A stretch of 64,000 nt of DNA, taken from a virus. The translations under genes were made by a program, and so were the position numbers. Shown one piece after another: positions 7,601-16,874 of this stretch. The stretch is taken from IMG/VR virus record IMGVR_UViG_3300039310_000050, positions 1-64,000 of that record. The stretch is one strand, 5' to 3'. The notes beneath the pieces are model-generated. The model was given only the letters and a program-made list of their open reading frames with translations, was not told where the DNA came from and searched no databases. Position 1 is the stretch's first letter, and each line of letters starts with the position of its first letter.

Positions 7601-10393
7601 ATGGCATTATCACAAGATCCTACATTAAATACAAGACAAATAGATGCCAGTATATCTGCCATAACTGCCAGAATCCAAAAATCTTTAGGTAACCTTGAAA
7701 AAACTTTGGGTCATTTTGAAGTATCAATGTTAGATCTTCAAAATAATATGAAACTTTCCCAAATATCTGGAAAAGTACCTGGTCAACCAGGAAGAAATGA
7801 ACTAGGTAGTTTTTTTGATAAAAGATTTGAACAAATTGCCAATAGTATTAAAGAATCTTCAATTTTTGAATTAAAAACCAATAAAAAAAGATTAGAAAAC
7901 CTTGAAGGAATGGCCAAAGAAACATTAGGACTTTCTAAACAAGGTCAAAGTGTTTATGAACAATATGGCCTTATGGCCAATAAATTAAATGAAGAAATTA
8001 AATCTCGGTCTAAATTAGGGCATAAAATTGGCGATTTTTTAAAACGTAATGAAATTGATGCTATTAGTATTACCGCAGCATTAACTTCAAGAAATCCTAT
8101 TATTGGTCTTGGTATTAAATATATCCTTGAAAAAAGAAAAGAATCAAAAGAAGCGGCTAAAAAACAAGAACACCAACCACTTATAGATTCATTAGCATAT
8201 CGTGATTTATTAAATCGTCAAAAACAAAGAAATATAAAACCAAAGAAATTTGGTCAAAAACTATCAACTAAAGAAACTAAAAATCGAAAAACAAAAGAAA
8301 CACCACAAACATCTGAAGAATTTGTAAATGAAGAAGTTCCAGAAATATTAACTCCTGAAATATTACCACCTCTTCCAAGATTATTAAAAGCACCATATCA
8401 AGAAGAAGAATCTCCTATTATTGATGCTGAATATATGGATTTAGGTCCTCGACAATTAGAACGTGGAGCTTATCAAATGCCACCTTCTGAACCTAAAAGA
8501 CTAGAAGCACCAAATATGCAGAATTATAGAAATCGTGAAGGAGGAAGATTTGTATCTGGATATGGTATAACTCCTTCGGTTAAAGATTTACAAGGGCAAC
8601 CAATGATCCTTGATAAGATTGAAAAACCTTTAGAGGATATTAAAGTTTCTGCAATTGGTATTAGTAAAGAAATAGCTCTTTATCATCGAGAAAATAAAGA
8701 ACAAACCGATGAACAACTTGATGCTGAAGAAAAGAAAAAAGAAGATGAAGAAAAAAGACAAAAAGAATTAATTGATTCCATTGAATCACTTAAAGGTAAA
8801 AAATCTGATAAGACACAAGCAGCAGGTGGACATGGTATATTTGGTGGGTTATTAGGTGGTTTATTTGGTGGTTTATTATCTAAATTTGGTGGAATAGGAT
8901 CTTTATTAGCTAGTGCTGGACCTATTGCAATGGTTGGTGGTTCTATTTTACTTTTAGCGGTTGATTCTATATTAGGATATTTTAAATCAAGTGAATGGGG
9001 AGTTTCTAAAGTAGCTGGTACTTTAGGTGGAATGTTAGGTGGTTCTATCAAAAATAAAATGTTAAATACCTTTACTCAAATGGGTAAATGGGCTTTAATT
9101 GGAGCTACTATAGGTTCTTTTGTTCCTGTAATAGGAACATTAGCTGGTGGGCTTTTAGGAGCAGCAATTGGTGGAATATTAGGATGGATTGGTGGAGAAA
9201 ATATAGCTAAATTTTTCCAAAGTTCTGGAGAAAAAATAGGCAAATTATTTAAATCAATTACAGCATCATTAGAAATTGCTTTTTATAATTTTGCCGCTTC
9301 TTTATTAGATTGGGTTCCAGGTGCTTGGGCTTCTCATAAAGCAAGTGAATTTAGAAAAAAGGCTAGAGAAAAGGAAAAAGAATCTGAAATTCCCGCAGAA
9401 CCTTTACCACCAGAAAAAATTGAAACTGGTATTGATACAGGAAATATTCATATTGCTGTTCCTGGAGAAAATACTAATCTTGGAGAAAATGCAGGAACTG
9501 AAACAAATAAAAAAGAAACAAATAATATTTCTGTAACAACTGGACCAAAACAACCCCTTGAACTACAACAGTCTCCAATTAATCAACAATTGGTTCCATC
9601 TGAAGGAATCCCAACAATGATATCTCTTGGCATACCTGGAGTTAATGAAAATGTGGTTGATATCCAAGATATGCACCTAGATGATAATGGATATAAAAAA
9701 ATTAAAGGAAGTGAAGCTAGTAATAAATTCCATCCAACACCTTATTGGGATGTAGATGGGTATTCAATTGGTTTTGGCCATAAAATTTTACCTAATGAAC
9801 ATTTTACAAAAATCACCAAATCTGATGCAGAAAATTTATTAGTGCATGATGCCCAAAAAGCAGAAAACTTAGTTAAAAAATATGTGCATACTCCTGTTAC
9901 TCAAAAAATGTTCGATTCTTTGGTTGATTTTGCATATAATGTGCCTTCTGGTATTCCTAATATTGCCGAAAATATGAATGTAGGTGATTTTAGAGGGGCT
10001 GCTAAAAGGATGAAATTATATACAAAAGCCAAAGACCCTCAAGGAAAATTTGTAAATAAGAAAACAGGTGAAAGATATTCTGAATTACCTGGATTAGTTG
10101 CAAGACGTAAGGAAGATGCAGATTTATTAACATCTGATTTAATACCAGATTCAAATAATATTAGACAATTAACACCGCCACCACCTCAATCTGGTGTAGC
10201 TATAATGGCTATGACTAAACAAAATGAAGATCTGAAAGCTACGCAATCTACTTCTGGAACAAATTCTACAGTTATAATTCCTTCTAATACAAATTTAAAT
10301 ACAACTGCGGTTTTATCTCAACAACAAGATCCAAATAATTTAGATAATACTTATAGAGATACAAGAAGATTAAATGCTTTTGGTGGTGGATAA
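7601..10393 (+). CDS. tape measure-like protein (gp29 position) with C-terminal GH24 lysozyme domain
   Basis: Coiled-coil plus Gly-rich hydrophobic segments; IKGSE...YWDVDGYSIGFGH...QKMFDSLVDFAYN...GLVARRKED. Confidence 0.75.
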   Translation: MALSQDPTLNTRQIDASISAITARIQKSLGNLEKTLGHFEVSMLDLQNNMKLSQISGKVPGQPGRNELGSFFDKRFEQIANSIKESSIFELKTNKKRLENLEGMAKETLGLSKQGQSVYEQYGLMANKLNEEIKSRSKLGHKIGDFLKRNEIDAISITAALTSRNPIIGLGIKYILEKRKESKEAAKKQEHQPLIDSLAYRDLLNRQKQRNIKPKKFGQKLSTKETKNRKTKETPQTSEEFVNEEVPEILTPEILPPLPRLLKAPYQEEESPIIDAEYMDLGPRQLERGAYQMPPSEPKRLEAPNMQNYRNREGGRFVSGYGITPSVKDLQGQPMILDKIEKPLEDIKVSAIGISKEIALYHRENKEQTDEQLDAEEKKKEDEEKRQKELIDSIESLKGKKSDKTQAAGGHGIFGGLLGGLFGGLLSKFGGIGSLLASAGPIAMVGGSILLLAVDSILGYFKSSEWGVSKVAGTLGGMLGGSIKNKMLNTFTQMGKWALIGATIGSFVPVIGTLAGGLLGAAIGGILGWIGGENIAKFFQSSGEKIGKLFKSITASLEIAFYNFAASLLDWVPGAWASHKASEFRKKAREKEKESEIPAEPLPPEKIETGIDTGNIHIAVPGENTNLGENAGTETNKKETNNISVTTGPKQPLELQQSPINQQLVPSEGIPTMISLGIPGVNENVVDIQDMHLDDNGYKKIKGSEASNKFHPTPYWDVDGYSIGFGHKILPNEHFTKITKSDAENLLVHDAQKAENLVKKYVHTPVTQKMFDSLVDFAYNVPSGIPNIAENMNVGDFRGAAKRMKLYTKAKDPQGKFVNKKTGERYSELPGLVARRKEDADLLTSDLIPDSNNIRQLTPPPPQSGVAIMAMTKQNEDLKATQSTSGTNSTVIIPSNTNLNTTAVLSQQQDPNNLDNTYRDTRRLNAFGGG

Positions 10394-10411
10394 GGGCAAC
10401 TATAGTGCCCT
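10393..10411. terminator. hairpin between convergent genes, probable terminator
   Basis: AGGGCA-ACTATAG-TGCCCT. Confidence 0.55.
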
Positions 10412-10416
10412 CTAAA

Positions 10417-10668
10417 TTACCGATTATCAACAAATTTACGGAGTTTTTGAGCAATATCAAGAACATCTTCTACAGAATATTTGTGATATTCAACTATCTC
10501 TTTATTTTGTATTCTTGCCGCCCATTCTTTATTTAAATTGTTGGTCAAAATATCATGGGCTAATTGTAATAAATCTAATCTAATTTTAAATGGTGTGTGA
10601 TTTCCATCCCAACCTCGAAGATTGCCCTCTTGGATAGTATTTTGTATGGTTTTTTGTTTATCATCCAT
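10417..10668 (-). CDS. conserved phage hypothetical protein
   Basis: GAGG SD before ATG 10668; PFKIRLDLLQLA...DVLDIAQKLRKFV. Confidence 0.65.
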   Translation of the reverse strand: MDDKQKTIQNTIQEGNLRGWDGNHTPFKIRLDLLQLAHDILTNNLNKEWAARIQNKEIVEYHKYSVEDVLDIAQKLRKFVDNR

Positions 10669-10725
10669 ATGTGTCCTCTTTCTGTGTGTAATTTGAGGGC
10701 ATTTGCTGGACAAATGCCCTCTGCA

Positions 10726-10755
10726 TATTCCGTTTACCTCGAGGTAAACGGAATA
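10726..10755. repeat. perfect 30-bp palindrome
   Basis: TATTCCGTTTACCTC|GAGGTAAACGGAATA. Confidence 0.95.
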
Positions 10756-10784
10756 AGATCTTTTTCTACGCTTGGTAGATAAGA

Positions 10785-11753
10785 CTAATCTAATAATTTC
10801 TCATAATCATTTAAAGAATCTTCATTTTCAACTACTACTTCTGAATCAGTAGTTATTTCTTTCTTTTTCTTGGAAGGTTTTCTTACAGCTTCTTCCCAAG
10901 GGGCTTTAGTTTCTTTTTCTTCTTTAGCATTTTTAGATGGTGATTTTTTGGCTACATCTTCCGCAAGTTTAGTTTCACCAAATAATTCATCAGCTTTCTT
11001 TTGAATCTTTCCTTTAACTCCATTAACTGTATCATTAAATTTCTTTTCTAATTCCTCATAAGATTTAAATTTAGATTCTTCAACAAATGGTTGTAATTTA
11101 TAAAGTTGTTTATAAATCTTTTCCATTTTGGTTTCATCTCCACTACAGGCAAGTGAAGAGGTACGGAATTTACTGTCATCATAATTACGATATCCTGCAA
11201 CCTTTTTGATATCGAGATTAAAATCTGCACCTTCCCAAAAATCAAATACATTAATTGCGGGATCTTCTTCATCCTTGGGTTTTAAAGCACCTTTAATTTT
11301 TTCGAAAATTTTCTGACCATATTGATATAAAAATACTTTATCTTCGTTTTCGGGTGTTTCTTTATCTTTTAATACCAAAATATTAGAAACATACCGCAAT
11401 TGGCGTTTACGCTTTTTTACAATATTTCTATTTTCATCCAATTCGGTCTTCCATAAAACTCCATTCGCTTTACAAACGGGGCATTCACGACCAAGTGTAG
11501 TAGGACACAATTCAATATAATAATTTCCATCTACATCAAAATTATGTTCGTAATATTGGATCCAGGGAAGATCTTCCCCTTCAGGAGCAGGTAGAAAACG
11601 AATTTTAGCAGAACCCGTACCAGCTTTATCTACGGTAGGTTTCCAAAATCGAGAATCTTTAAATTTATTTTTATTTCCTTCTGAAATCTCTTCTACTCTT
11701 TTATTTATTTTAGTTAAATCTGTTCTATTTTTTTTATATGTGGCAAAACTCAT
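10785..11753 (-). CDS. gp32: single-stranded DNA-binding protein gp32
   Basis: DSRFWKPTVDKAGTGSAKIRFLP, CPTTLGRECPVC, FDFWEGADF, YRNYDDSKF, acidic tail. Confidence 0.96.
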   Translation of the reverse strand: MSFATYKKNRTDLTKINKRVEEISEGNKNKFKDSRFWKPTVDKAGTGSAKIRFLPAPEGEDLPWIQYYEHNFDVDGNYYIELCPTTLGRECPVCKANGVLWKTELDENRNIVKKRKRQLRYVSNILVLKDKETPENEDKVFLYQYGQKIFEKIKGALKPKDEEDPAINVFDFWEGADFNLDIKKVAGYRNYDDSKFRTSSLACSGDETKMEKIYKQLYKLQPFVEESKFKSYEELEKKFNDTVNGVKGKIQKKADELFGETKLAEDVAKKSPSKNAKEEKETKAPWEEAVRKPSKKKKEITTDSEVVVENEDSLNDYEKLLD

Positions 11754-11868
11754 ATGCTTATATTATTTTTCCTTTTATTTTCTTGTCCACATGAGTCATA
11801 ATGAAAGTAGTTATATAGGTAATCCGTCCGGGTAACAACTCTTTCCGGCAGCCCCGATTACCTACTAT

Positions 11869-11904
11869 TATTTATATTATAACATAAATTACCGAGAATG
11901 TCAA
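11869..11904 (-). promoter_or_regulatory. overlapping early (TTGACA-17-TATAAT) and late (TATAAATA) promoters for gp32
   Basis: -35 at 11899-11904, -10 at 11876-11881, late box at 11869-11876. Confidence 0.85.
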
Positions 11905-12203
11905 GTGCTAGGTTTGTTCATTGAGGTTAATAGGATAAAGTTTATCCATAACAGTTTCAGTTGTGGTTAATTTATAATCATGAGATTTTAATAAAATTTC
12001 ATTAATTTCTTTTACTAAATCTATATCATTGGTTTCAATTTTCAATTCATATGTTCGCATGTTTTAACTCCGAAATTTCTCGATAAGTGCGGATTAATTC
12101 TTCTTTCAATGTGGCAATTTCTATTTCTAAACAACCTCGTTTAGCAATTTCATCATTAGCTTTTTCTACCGCTTGATTAAATTTTTTACAAATGATGTTA
12201 TAA

Positions 12204-12839
12204 CTATTTTGAAGTTCCGCATATTGCATATTTGTATTCCCGTTTTATTTTTTCACGGAGTAGTTTTTTACATTTCTCCAAATTGATATTTATAAAGGGG
12301 GAATATTTACAAATTTTCATCCAAAAATCTTTCCAAATTATATCTGTTAATCGTTTATTAAAATTAAAACCACATCCTAATATACGATCTAAAATAATAA
12401 ATGTTTCTAAACTAATAATTCTCTGTAATACCATTCTAACAATAATTGGATGATTTCCTTCTTTAATCCGAAATAAATCATTAAATGTATATCCATTTAT
12501 TTCAGCCCATTCCAATAAACCGGTGCATTCTTCTGAAAAATGATATGTAAGACTTTCAATCTTTTTTAACCATTCAATGTAAATTGCTTCCGAAGTTTCA
12601 TCTAATAAATCACCAATCCATAAATTTGGATTATCTACAAAATTGGCTACAAATAAATCAATTAATTTGGCTTTGGAATATTTTTTACAAATACGGTAGA
12701 AAAATGCTTTATCTTCCCGCTTATCAAATGAATTGGGTGTTAATCTGGTTTTACCATTGAATTTATGGAAATCAAAACTTGGACTATTAAAATGTGTTTT
12801 TACGGCAATATATAATTCAAAAGCATCATAGGGAGACAT
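12204..12839 (-). CDS. gp59: helicase loader gp59
   Basis: YIAVKTHF...FDFHKFNGKT, FVANF, WIGDL, ISLETFIILD, KYSPF. Confidence 0.9.
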   Translation of the reverse strand: MSPYDAFELYIAVKTHFNSPSFDFHKFNGKTRLTPNSFDKREDKAFFYRICKKYSKAKLIDLFVANFVDNPNLWIGDLLDETSEAIYIEWLKKIESLTYHFSEECTGLLEWAEINGYTFNDLFRIKEGNHPIIVRMVLQRIISLETFIILDRILGCGFNFNKRLTDIIWKDFWMKICKYSPFININLEKCKKLLREKIKREYKYAICGTSK

Positions 12840-12950
12840 TGAATCTCCTTAAATGAGATTCTCGTATTTTTATTTTATGTTCCTCCGATTTAGTAATCCC
12901 TTTACGAGATTTACTCATCTTCTCTTTATTTGATAAAAATAAAAGCATAA

Positions 12951-13295
12951 TTATACTTTTAATAATCTCCTTTCTATTGCAACCATTTCTAATTTTTCTT
13001 TCATTGTTTTGGTTAACAATTTAGGAACAGATTCATATTCAATTTCATATTTCTCACATAATTTCATTAATGCATCAAAATAATCTAATCGTTCTCTACG
13101 AACTACATCTTCAATTTCTAATGAAAATGCTGTTGGGGTTATTTGATATAATGGATGATCTATAAATAAAATGTCTACCGATTCATCTATTTTCTTTTTC
13201 TTCATACATGGTTTTCTTCTCCAATGTTCATATAATGGATTGGAGCATACATCACATTTTTCTATTCGTTCTTCCCAATCATCTATATAACTCAT
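12951..13295 (-). CDS. gp33: late-promoter transcription coactivator gp33
   Basis: FSLEIEDVV...YFDALMKLCEKYEIEYESVPKLL..MKEKLE; gp33-gp59-gp32 synteny. Confidence 0.8.
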   Translation of the reverse strand: MSYIDDWEERIEKCDVCSNPLYEHWRRKPCMKKKKIDESVDILFIDHPLYQITPTAFSLEIEDVVRRERLDYFDALMKLCEKYEIEYESVPKLLTKTMKEKLEMVAIERRLLKV

Positions 13296-13404
13296 GCTTC
13301 ATAATCTAATTACTAAAACTTGATTCCAATCATATAATTAAAATCATGCATAATAAATTTTACCTTTCAATTATATTATAACACAATTCAAATAGGATAG
13401 CAAG

Positions 13405-13845
13405 TTATTTAAAGAAGATATGATCTTGAATACGGATTGTCCTATGATAGGCCCATTTTGGATTAACATAATATGCATGGAAATATAAAGCACATTTAGT
13501 AGGATCTTTATAATTATTTAAATTCCAATACATATCTTGAGCTATTTGGTAAGATGTTATATATTGTTTCCAACATTTAATTGGACCAGATTTCCAAGTG
13601 AATTGTTTTAAATTACCAATTTTTTGGTTAATTACTTCACAAGGAGTTAAATTATATTTTTGTACTCGATTAAATATTACAAACGCAACCGCTTCTTTTC
13701 CTAATGTCTTTTGATTTCCAGCTTCATAATAGATAGCTTGAGTAATACAAGTTATCTGTTTTTCTATGAGCGGTTGACTACGGAGGGGTAAGAATAAAAA
13801 CACTAATAGGAATATAAGTTTCATGGATATATTTAGGGAATTCAT
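13405..13845 (-). CDS. cell wall hydrolase (SleB/Hydrolase_2 family)
   Basis: AIYYEAGNQ, AVAFVIFNRV, QFTW, DPTKCALYFHA.YV.PKW, IQDHIFF. Confidence 0.85.
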   Translation of the reverse strand: MNSLNISMKLIFLLVFLFLPLRSQPLIEKQITCITQAIYYEAGNQKTLGKEAVAFVIFNRVQKYNLTPCEVINQKIGNLKQFTWKSGPIKCWKQYITSYQIAQDMYWNLNNYKDPTKCALYFHAYYVNPKWAYHRTIRIQDHIFFK

Positions 13846-13920
13846 TTCTTTTTAGTAGACCAATATATGATTTTCATGAAGGACTAGTATGTTTATAAAC
13901 AATATAATTCATTTAATTTT

Positions 13921-14178
13921 ATTCCTGGGATTCTGTTCCAAGGCTCCCAGGATGCCCGCTGCGTAACCGTTTTAGGCGGCCATTGGCAAATAGTCGAATG
14001 TTTCATCGGCTGTTATTGTTTTATTCCGATTTACGAGAGTTTCTGCTCGTGCTGTCCTATATCCTGATATACACCAATCGATACCTTGACGCCCCCATAA
14101 TATAAAACTATGGAGAAGTTGGTGGAGGCGGGGGTAATCGAAACCCCGTCTTGTTTGCAATCCCAATACAAGTCTTTA
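13921..14178 (-). ncRNA. ssrA: circularly permuted (two-piece) tmRNA, tag (A)ADETFDYLPMAA*
   Basis: Acceptor piece ending GGGGT-TTCGATT-ACCCC-CGCCTCC-ACCA (end at 14120) lies upstream of the 5' piece GGGGGCG (start at 14096); G3.U70 pair; tag ORF 14010-13972 ends in AA*. Confidence 0.9.
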
Positions 14179-14310
14179 TACAGCAATATTTTTAGATACT
14201 TGACGTACTATGCTACGCCCTCTCTTAAATCCCAATACCTATTTCATAAAGGCCTTTATAAAATAAGTATTGAAGTATCCTCACTTACTAGACGAAAGTA
14301 TCTAAAACCC

Positions 14311-14502
14311 TTAATCCAAATAGCCAGTGGTTAAAATAACTTCCATGGCTTCATCATATTTTTCTTTTTTCAATAGTTCTTTTGTTATTCTCCGTAATGA
14401 ACGTTTCAATTGACCAACTTTGATATGTCCAAAAACAGAATGTAATCCTCTACGACATTGAGAACAACTGCAACCATTGAGAATACTTTTTCTTTTTGCC
14501 AT
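14311..14502 (-). CDS. small basic Cys-containing protein
   Basis: AGGAG SD; CSCSQC motif. Confidence 0.65.
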   Translation of the reverse strand: MAKRKSILNGCSCSQCRRGLHSVFGHIKVGQLKRSLRRITKELLKKEKYDEAMEVILTTGYLD

Positions 14503-14683
14503 TTGACGCTCCTAACTTAATACGTCATAATGACACCTCCTATTTAAAATGTTTCAGGTACCTGGTCGTTGCTGTCCGAAAACCCACCAGGAATCACCAC
14601 TCCTATGTTGGTGTATTATCACATACACCTTCTCTATCGGCCGATAGATAGTGGCGGCTTAAACTTTTGCCTATACCTAAATT

Positions 14684-14760
14684 TGGTCGGAAATGGTGGA
14701 TTCGAACCACCGACCCTCGGTTCCCAAAACCGATGCTCTACCAGACTGAGCCAATTTCCG
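14684..14760 (-). tRNA. tRNA-Pro(TGG)
   Basis: Cloverleaf; anticodon arm TCGGT-TTTGGGA-ACCGA; encoded CCA. Confidence 0.95.
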
Positions 14761-14919
14761 AATTTAAAATGTAACTGATCCTGTTATCACTGCACCTGCA
14801 AACCAATAAATACAATGTCTCCAATCCTTCACAAATCCATACACGATTGAAGCACTCAACATTTCTATAATCAAAATGGTTGGAAATAAATATTTATAAT
14901 TCATCACTCTTTAATATTA

Positions 14920-15339
14920 TCACACTACAACTTCGGTGTCAAGTATTTTCTTTCGGTGATATTCTTTATGTAATGGAATACCTTGTTCTAATAATTTTTC
15001 TTTCCATTGAAAGAATGTCTTTCCGTGGGTCATTTTCCCTTTAATTACCCATTGCCAAGCATGAATCATTTCATGTGCTAATATAACAATAAAACTTTTA
15101 AAATCTGGAAAACTACTATCTATTTGTAAATTTGCCTCTCTTATATCATCATCATTTTTCCATCCCATTGGATCACATGCGGCTAATTGTCCAGATATTT
15201 TCTGAATTTTTATATGACGAAATTTCGGAATAACACCGTTAAAACAAGATTCATTTAAAATCCCTGCCCAAGTACGAATATCTTTCAATGTTGGATTATA
15301 TTCACCTGGTTCATGTATTTTTTGTAAAATCGGAAGCAA
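14920..15339 (-). CDS. SprT-like zinc metalloprotease
   Basis: LNESCFNG, LAHEMIHAWQ, HGKTF. Confidence 0.8.
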   Translation of the reverse strand: MLPILQKIHEPGEYNPTLKDIRTWAGILNESCFNGVIPKFRHIKIQKISGQLAACDPMGWKNDDDIREANLQIDSSFPDFKSFIVILAHEMIHAWQWVIKGKMTHGKTFFQWKEKLLEQGIPLHKEYHRKKILDTEVVV

Positions 15340-15400
15340 AATAGTATTCTCCTTAAAAGAGGATCAATAACTATTTATCTATATTAGTTTATTGGTATAT

Positions 15401-15868
15401 TTACTTCATCCATTCGGCCCACATATTTATTTTTGGCCACAGAGATAATACCAATTCTTTAGTTAATAATGGAATTTCAAGATTATGTTTAAAAATTTGT
15501 CCTACTAAAACAGCTTCAGAAGGATGAATCGATTCTAAAAGCTGGATAAGTAATTCTGTTTTCTTCTTTAATGGAATCTTTTTCCAATCCAAAAAAATAT
15601 ATAACTTACGCATTTCATTATATAAATTATTTGGACTCATTCCAATTGGCCCTAAATCAGGTTTATATTCTGGAAGTTCCTTGAAAGAAAAAATAGCTTT
15701 AGGATGCCAAATATATTGAAACATCATTCTCATTGCAGGTGATTGATTTTTCCATAAAACTGTTTTTACTTCATCTTCAGTCTTACATTTCCGCACTTCA
15801 ACCAGAATTTCTGGCAATATTTTAGTCATTGTTAGTTGCTCCATAGTTTTCATTGAATTTTCATACAT
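15401..15868 (-). CDS. conserved T4-like hypothetical protein
   Basis: LYNEMRKLYIF...IQLLESIHPSEA, adjacent to rnh. Confidence 0.7.
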   Translation of the reverse strand: MYENSMKTMEQLTMTKILPEILVEVRKCKTEDEVKTVLWKNQSPAMRMMFQYIWHPKAIFSFKELPEYKPDLGPIGMSPNNLYNEMRKLYIFLDWKKIPLKKKTELLIQLLESIHPSEAVLVGQIFKHNLEIPLLTKELVLSLWPKINMWAEWMK

Positions 15869-15927
15869 TTATAAGTATATAATTTATTATCTGGATCATA
15901 ATATTTCAGTTCATTTTTCGGATATGA

Positions 15928-16827
15928 TTAAAATTCCTGAATATGATCCATCAAATTAACTAATTTGTATTTCAGGAAATAATTAAATAAATTTTTTCTA
16001 CTTTCTTTAAATGGTTGCTCCCACACTTCTATAATTTTCTTTTGAATTTCTTTAGGGATAAATTCAAAATCAATTAATTGTTGATTTCTTTTATACCCAT
16101 GAAGCATTTTAATATCACAAAAATTTTCAGGTTTAGATTCTTTTATCCAACGTTCCAAATTATCCTTGCGAATGGATTTTTGTCTTATATGTTTAACTTT
16201 GGAATCATTACTTGAACAAAAATTTGGAATATCATCATCTCCAGCTATCATTATATGTTCTCGAAGATCTTCTATTGGATTTTTACTTACCAAAAATTGT
16301 TTTTGAATTGGTGCATATTGTACTATATTTGGGTATTTTTGTAATTGTGTAAAATCTTTATCACCCGAAAGAATTAAAATTTTTTCAGCCGTATGTTCTC
16401 GTTTGGCAATTACTGCAATAATATCATCGGCTTCTGCACCATCAACTTCTATAACTCTATAAGGAAAATATTGAATTAATTCATCTTTAAGTTTATTCAA
16501 TGTTTCAAAAATTAAATGCCAATTTAAAACAGAAGTTTCTCTTTTTTCTTTTCGTAATCCTTTATAATATGGGAAAACATCTTTACGCCAATATTGTTTA
16601 CTATCACAACAAATAATTATTTTCCCATAAATTTCACCAAATTTCATTTTATATGAACGAATGGTATTTAAAACCATATGGCGAATTAAATCTTCATTTA
16701 TAACCGTTTTCGTTCCAGGAAGACCAGGAATTTCATGTTCTGGTTCTTTTTTATCATCTTTTTGGAGTTGACTGATATTAACAATTAGGTTAGAAATAAC
16801 CACCTGCGAAAAATCAATTAAAATCAT
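15928..16827 (-). CDS. rnh: RNase H (5'-3' exonuclease)
   Basis: MILIDFSQ, YWRKDVFPYYK, EADDIIA, ILSGDKDFTQLQKY, RNQQLIDF. Confidence 0.95.
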   Translation of the reverse strand: MILIDFSQVVISNLIVNISQLQKDDKKEPEHEIPGLPGTKTVINEDLIRHMVLNTIRSYKMKFGEIYGKIIICCDSKQYWRKDVFPYYKGLRKEKRETSVLNWHLIFETLNKLKDELIQYFPYRVIEVDGAEADDIIAVIAKREHTAEKILILSGDKDFTQLQKYPNIVQYAPIQKQFLVSKNPIEDLREHIMIAGDDDIPNFCSSNDSKVKHIRQKSIRKDNLERWIKESKPENFCDIKMLHGYKRNQQLIDFEFIPKEIQKKIIEVWEQPFKESRKNLFNYFLKYKLVNLMDHIQEF

Positions 16828-16845
16828 AAATTTTACTCAATAATT

Positions 16846-16874
16846 ATTGTATCATAAAAAATTTCAAATGTCAA
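16846..16874 (-). promoter_or_regulatory. sigma70-type early promoter
   Basis: TTGACA-17-TACAAT with TG. Confidence 0.8.

Noticed and set aside
13972-14334. ORFs 13972..14166 (-) and 14110..14334 (+) as proteins
   Set aside because: They overlap the tmRNA; only the last 12 codons of the first ORF form the tag.
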